A stretch of 64,000 nucleotides of DNA. Origin: Myxococcota bacterium. Its GTDB lineage: Bacteria; Myxococcota_A; Polyangia; Nannocystales; Nannocystaceae. The notes beneath the pieces are model-generated. The model was not told the origin of the DNA and ran no database searches. It saw only the letters and a list, made by a program, of their open reading frames with translations. The stretch's first letter is position 1, and every line of letters starts with the position of its first letter. Position numbers and translations under genes: made by a program. Below are positions 59,595 through 64,000 of the stretch, one piece after another. The DNA lies in NCBI GenBank assembly GCA_039028615.1, contig JBCCHT010000020.1:1-64000 (forward strand), written 5' to 3'.

Positions 59595-60320
59595 TCACAG
59601 CGTGGCGATCACCGCCTGCAGGTAGGGCACGGGCTCGGTGAGCACCGCGGGGTGACCGTGCGCGACGATCACTCGCCGCAGGTCCCCACGCTCGGCGAAG
59701 CGTGACAGCTGGGCCCGAAACTGCGCACGGTCGGTGATCCACTCCCGGCCCAGACCGCGGTGCACGGTGGGCTTGCCCACCCCGATTCGAAAGCGGCCGT
59801 ACAGATACCCCATGACGCCGGGCAAGCGCTCGAGGATGTTGTGGAGGATGTCGTTGAACACCAGCGTCACCCCGTCGGCCGAGCGAACCTCGAGCACGCC
59901 CTCGGCCGGCTTCATCCCCGGCAAGTAGCTCAGGCTCGCGGTGCCATTGGAGGCATGGTCTTCGTAGGTCCCATCGACCTGCACCACCGTGGCCACGTGC
60001 TCTCGCGCTCCCGTGGGGCACAGTAGCTGCGCCTTCGGGTAGCGCCGCTTGAAGTTGGCCGCATCGAGGCGATGGGCCGGGCCGGGCACGACGAGGGTCC
60101 GCGGCTCCCCCAGCGCTTCGAGCTCGGCCATCGCGGCGGAGTCGAGCGCGACCGGGTTGTGGAGGAGTAAGCCGCCGTGCTCGTCGCGAACGACGGTCAT
60201 GCCCCGACGCCCGCTGGCCAGCGGTGGCGGCAGTGCCCCTCGCACGTGCCACTGGTTGTCGGCCAGCGACTCGATCGGCCCGTGCTCGAGCACGACCCAC
60301 TCCTCGAACACCCCACGCAT
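59595..60320 (-). CDS. DUF4336/metallo-beta-lactamase-like protein
   Basis: RGMTVVR..GGLLLHNPV, VVPGPAHRLD, LVFNDIL, RVIVAHG. Confidence 0.8.
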   Translation of the reverse strand: MRGVFEEWVVLEHGPIESLADNQWHVRGALPPPLASGRRGMTVVRDEHGGLLLHNPVALDSAAMAELEALGEPRTLVVPGPAHRLDAANFKRRYPKAQLLCPTGAREHVATVVQVDGTYEDHASNGTASLSYLPGMKPAEGVLEVRSADGVTLVFNDILHNILERLPGVMGYLYGRFRIGVGKPTVHRGLGREWITDRAQFRAQLSRFAERGDLRRVIVAHGHPAVLTEPVPYLQAVIATL

Positions 60321-60532
60321 CGACACCATATCCGCGCAGGCTAGCACTCGACGCGGAAAGTCCAACGGTCGTTTTCCGGCACGTAGCGGGCCTCTTGCGG
60401 CACTTTACGTACACTGGTACTATCGAAATCGGTCGGTGGGTCGAAGGTCGAAGGTCGATGGGCGCCAGACGTCACCCCTTTGTCGCCCTACGCCCCTGGT
60501 CAGTCTCGGCGGCAGTCCTACGCTAAAAATCG

Positions 60533-61138
60533 ATGAGCCTGACTGCTCCCACGACGCTCCGTCAGGCACGCGATCGCTACCTCGGCGAGGCGGGCCTGAG
60601 CACCGCAACCTATACCGACGACTGGGTCGACATCCGTCTCGGGCCCCTGCCCTTGCGGCTGCCGAACACCACCGCCCGCAAGAAGGTGCTGCCGCTGCAC
60701 GACCTGCACCACGCCCTCACCGGGTACAAGGCGGACATCCGAGGCGAGGCGGAGATCGGGGCGTGGGAGCTGGCCGGAGGCATCGGCACGCACACCGTCG
60801 GCTACGTGCTCGACCTGCTCACCTTCGCGTGGGCACCGTGGGTCCTGCCGCGTCGCACGTGGCGAGCGTTCGTCCGCGGTCGCCACAGCAAGAACTTCTA
60901 CCGCGAGCCCCTGCCGCTGGACCCGGCGCTCCTCGAAGAAAACCTCGAGGACGTGCAGCGTCGGCTGAAGCTGGACGTCGAGCATCGTGCCACCGCGGCC
61001 GACGTCACCGCCTTCATCGGTTGGTACCTGGTGGCGCTGCTCATGAGTGTGTTCGGCCTGCTCGGGCTCCCGCTGATGGTGGCGCTCGGGCTCTGGGGAC
61101 AGCGGCAAGCCCGCCAAACCGTCGCCGCCAACCCCTGA
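60533..61138 (+). CDS. Coq4-like hypothetical membrane protein
   Basis: PLHDLHHALTGY..GEAEIGAWEL (HDxxH..E metal motif); C-terminal TM helices. Confidence 0.7.
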   Translation: MSLTAPTTLRQARDRYLGEAGLSTATYTDDWVDIRLGPLPLRLPNTTARKKVLPLHDLHHALTGYKADIRGEAEIGAWELAGGIGTHTVGYVLDLLTFAWAPWVLPRRTWRAFVRGRHSKNFYREPLPLDPALLEENLEDVQRRLKLDVEHRATAADVTAFIGWYLVALLMSVFGLLGLPLMVALGLWGQRQARQTVAANP

Positions 61139-61287
61139 GTCACCCCAAAGTGTCATGAGTGGATCCGGTACGGTCGTTCAGTAGGACCGTCCCCTCCCGC
61201 CCCAGCGTGACATTTTTCAACGAAACAACGTCTGCCTAGGTGCATCCGGGAGCGGGGGTCGAGCGACCACCGCTCCGGGACCGATCC

Positions 61288-63729
61288 ATGACTTCGCATG
61301 ACGTACAGAGAATCGACCTCCACGTGCACTCCAAGTACGCGGGGAAATTCAATCCGGCTGTGCTCAAACAGCTGGAGGTCGACGAGTCTTATACGGAGCC
61401 GCTCGTGCTGTACGAGCGCATGCTGGAGCGAGGCATGTCGTTGGTCACGATCACCGACCACGACGCCATCCAGGGCTGCCTGGAGATCGCCCACCTGCCC
61501 TACACCTTCATCTCCGAGGAGGTCTCGGCCCGCTTCCCGGAAAACGGTGCGATCGTTCACGTTCTGACCTACGGCATCACGGAGGCGCAGCACGACGAGC
61601 TGCAGCGCCTTCGACGCAACGTCTACGAGCTGGTCCCCTACATGCGAGAGGCAGGGATCCTCCACTCGCTGGCGCATCCCTTTTCCTCGGTCAACCACCG
61701 GCTAACCCCCGACCAACTGCGCAAATGTTTGCTCATGTTCGACACCCTCGAGGTGTTCAACGGGGAGAAGGACGAGCACCACGCGAGGTTCGTGGAGGAG
61801 GTCATCGCCAAGGTCGATGACCGCATGCTCGAGCGCTGGGCCGAGCAGTACGACATGCCCGTGCCGCCTCGCCGCAGCTGGGGCCGGACCGCGGGCTCCG
61901 ACGACCACGTCGGCTGGGGCATGACCCGCGCCTTCACCTCGTTCAAGGGGCCGCGCACCTTCGAGGGCCTGCGCGCCGCGATCGTCGGTCGCAACACCGA
62001 GGTGCAGGGGATCCCCAAGACCCCCGAGGCCTACGGCCACACCGTCTACACGGGCACCATCGGCCACTTCCAGCGTCGCTTCGGCAAGGACAAGAAGGAC
62101 TCGCCCGAGTACGTCGACGTGCCCAACCGGCCGACGTTCAGCCACCTGCTCGACCTGGCTGTCGATCGCAAGATCCCGGCCGACCTCGAGGACCTGCCGC
62201 CCTTCCTGCAGCGCCTGGTGCCGGCCGCCTTCGAGGCGATGGCCGAGGTCGAGGAAATCCCCGGCATGGCCGAGCTGCTCGATCGGGCCCAGGGCCACGA
62301 GCTGCACCGCGAGGTCTACGAGCTGGTCCACGGCGCCTTGCTCCGCGCCTTCCGAACCTGCGCCAAGAAGATGGCGGCGAGCAGCCGCAAGATGGACTTC
62401 GAGATGGTGGTCGACGAGATCCCCACGCTCATCCGTCTCGCGCTGTTCAACATGCCCTACTACTTCGGGTTCCGGTTCTTCAACGGCGAGCGTCGCCGTG
62501 GCTGGGCGCTGTACGAGAGCCTCGAGCTCGAGCAGCCGCTTCAGCGAGCCGAGCGGGCCGCCCTGTTCTGCGACGCGCTCGACAACGTCGACGGCGTCTC
62601 CATCGGCCTGCGCCGCATCGTGCACGAGATGCGCGAGGACGGCCGCGAGGTCTACCTGTGCGGGGCCCATGGCGACGACAGCACCTCGACCACGCTCGAG
62701 GGCACGGAGATGGTCCGCTTCCCCACGCTGGGGCACTTCCCGCTGCCCGGCTACACCGAGTACGAGCTGGGCTGGCCGAGCTTCGTCGAGGTGATCCGCT
62801 GGCTCACCGAAAAAGAAATCGACGTCGTCGTCAGCACCACGCCCGGCCCGGTCGGCGTCATCGCGGTCATGGCCGCCAAGATGCTCGATATCCCGGTCAT
62901 CGGGCAGTACCACACCAACGTCGGCGACTTCGCGGCGCGGATCCTCGGTGACCCCACCATCGGGCGGATGGTCAACGGTGTCACCGGATGGTTCTACAAC
63001 AACATGGGCGAGGTCGCGGTGCCCAGCCGCGCCACCGCGGGCAAGCTCGTCGAGCAGCTCGACCTCCGCAACGATCGCGTTCGCGTGGTCCGACGTGGCG
63101 TCGACACCCAGCGCTTCCACCCCGGCCACGCCGACCCCTCGTTCTGGCGCAGCCACGGACTGCGCGGGCACAACACCCTGCTGTACGTCGGGCGCGTCTC
63201 CCAGGAGAAGAACCTCGAGTTCCTCGCCGATGTGTTCCGCGACCTGGTCGACCACGGCGCCGACCTCGAGCTGGCCGTCGTGGGTGACGGCCCCTACCGC
63301 GAAGAGCTCCAGGGGCTGCTCTCCGAGTACCCCGTGTCCTTCACCGGGTACCTCAGCGGCGTGCACCTGGCCCGGGCTTACGCGTCGGCCGATCTGTTCG
63401 TCTTCCCGTCCACGACCGACACCTTCGGCAACGTGGTGATGGAGGCCCTGGCTTCGGGGACCCCCGCGCTGGTCAGCGACCAAGGAGGCCCGGCGGAGCT
63501 GGTGCATCATCGCGAGGCGGGGCTGGTGCTCACGGCCGGCGATCACGGGCAGTGGCGCGATGCGATCGAGTCGCTGGTGCTCGACACCCAGCAGCGCGAC
63601 ACCATGGGCAACTGCGCCCGTGGGCTCGCCGAGCAGTCGACCTTCGACCTCGCGCGGCAGGCCCAGTGGTCGTTCTACTCCGACAACATCAAGCGCTTCC
63701 GGCAGGACGTCCGCAACCGGATCCGCTGA
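61288..63729 (+). CDS. PHP-domain/glycosyltransferase family 4 fusion
   Basis: IDLHVHSKY, TITDHD, LAHPF, AGSDDH; then GVDTQRFHP, LYVGRVSQEKN, FVFPSTTDTFGNVVMEALASGTP. Confidence 0.9.
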   Translation: MTSHDVQRIDLHVHSKYAGKFNPAVLKQLEVDESYTEPLVLYERMLERGMSLVTITDHDAIQGCLEIAHLPYTFISEEVSARFPENGAIVHVLTYGITEAQHDELQRLRRNVYELVPYMREAGILHSLAHPFSSVNHRLTPDQLRKCLLMFDTLEVFNGEKDEHHARFVEEVIAKVDDRMLERWAEQYDMPVPPRRSWGRTAGSDDHVGWGMTRAFTSFKGPRTFEGLRAAIVGRNTEVQGIPKTPEAYGHTVYTGTIGHFQRRFGKDKKDSPEYVDVPNRPTFSHLLDLAVDRKIPADLEDLPPFLQRLVPAAFEAMAEVEEIPGMAELLDRAQGHELHREVYELVHGALLRAFRTCAKKMAASSRKMDFEMVVDEIPTLIRLALFNMPYYFGFRFFNGERRRGWALYESLELEQPLQRAERAALFCDALDNVDGVSIGLRRIVHEMREDGREVYLCGAHGDDSTSTTLEGTEMVRFPTLGHFPLPGYTEYELGWPSFVEVIRWLTEKEIDVVVSTTPGPVGVIAVMAAKMLDIPVIGQYHTNVGDFAARILGDPTIGRMVNGVTGWFYNNMGEVAVPSRATAGKLVEQLDLRNDRVRVVRRGVDTQRFHPGHADPSFWRSHGLRGHNTLLYVGRVSQEKNLEFLADVFRDLVDHGADLELAVVGDGPYREELQGLLSEYPVSFTGYLSGVHLARAYASADLFVFPSTTDTFGNVVMEALASGTPALVSDQGGPAELVHHREAGLVLTAGDHGQWRDAIESLVLDTQQRDTMGNCARGLAEQSTFDLARQAQWSFYSDNIKRFRQDVRNRIR

Positions 63730-63750
63730 GGCCTCGGAGCACCGAGCACG

Positions 63751-63786
63751 AAAAAACGTCGCCTCCGAACGGGGGCGACGTTTTTT
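63751..63786. terminator. bidirectional intrinsic terminator
   Basis: AAAAAACGTCGCCTCC-GAAC-GGGGGCGACGTTTTTT between convergent genes. Confidence 0.9.
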
Positions 63787-63800
63787 GATTCCGACGTCCG

Positions 63801-64000
63801 CTACTGCGTGACGATGAAGATGCCGAGGGCCGCGACCGCGACGGTCAGCACCCCGACCATGAGGTACAGCTTGGAGCTGTTGCCCGCGGGCTTCAGGTCG
63901 AGGTCGTCGTCGAGCTCGGTCATCGCCGGAGCGGAGGTCGACTCGTTGGCGAGGGCCGCTCCGCTCAGCGAGGCCGAGGCCGCAGCCAGGCCGGACACAC
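63801..64000 (-). CDS. C-terminal end of a membrane-anchored protein (truncated by the window)
   Basis: Open frame ending in a hydrophobic helix LYLMVGVLTVAVAALGIFIV; stop at 63801. Confidence 0.6.
   Translation of the reverse strand, partial: VSGLAAASASLSGAALANESTSAPAMTELDDDLDLKPAGNSSKLYLMVGVLTVAVAALGIFIVTQ

Overview
Very high-GC, densely coded bacterial DNA. The gene content points to a myxobacterium, most likely Nannocystaceae (inference from MYXO-CTERM-type proteins, Cys-rich lipoprotein paralogues, Ser/Thr kinase-TPR proteins with ECF sigma factors, and an MbnP/MbnH pair). About 50 CDS were identified, with no rRNA, tRNA, CRISPR array or transposase seen. Housekeeping-type genes are a partial pfkA, ggt, recQ, a stand-alone ftsW, RidA and YyaL. 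There are two copper-related loci (multicopper oxidase-His-rich lipoprotein-TolC, and MbnP-MbnH), three sigma factor/Ser-Thr kinase modules, and a glycosyltransferase/MMPL cluster. Most notable: (1) an orphan, diverged LuxI-type acyl-homoserine lactone synthase in a lower-GC patch with no luxR in the window; (2) an ECF sigma-lipoprotein-kinase operon in which the lipoprotein looks like a free copy of the kinase's own extracytoplasmic domain; (3) MbnP fused to an extra di-heme domain; (4) a lower-GC island, bounded by a 13-bp imperfect direct repeat, encoding a small acidic protein and a basic trypsin-like protease; (5) a NorR-like regulator without NO-detoxification genes; (6) a peptidoglycan-binding protein with a caspase-like His/Cys domain. 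All calls come from motif recognition by eye; no searches were run.
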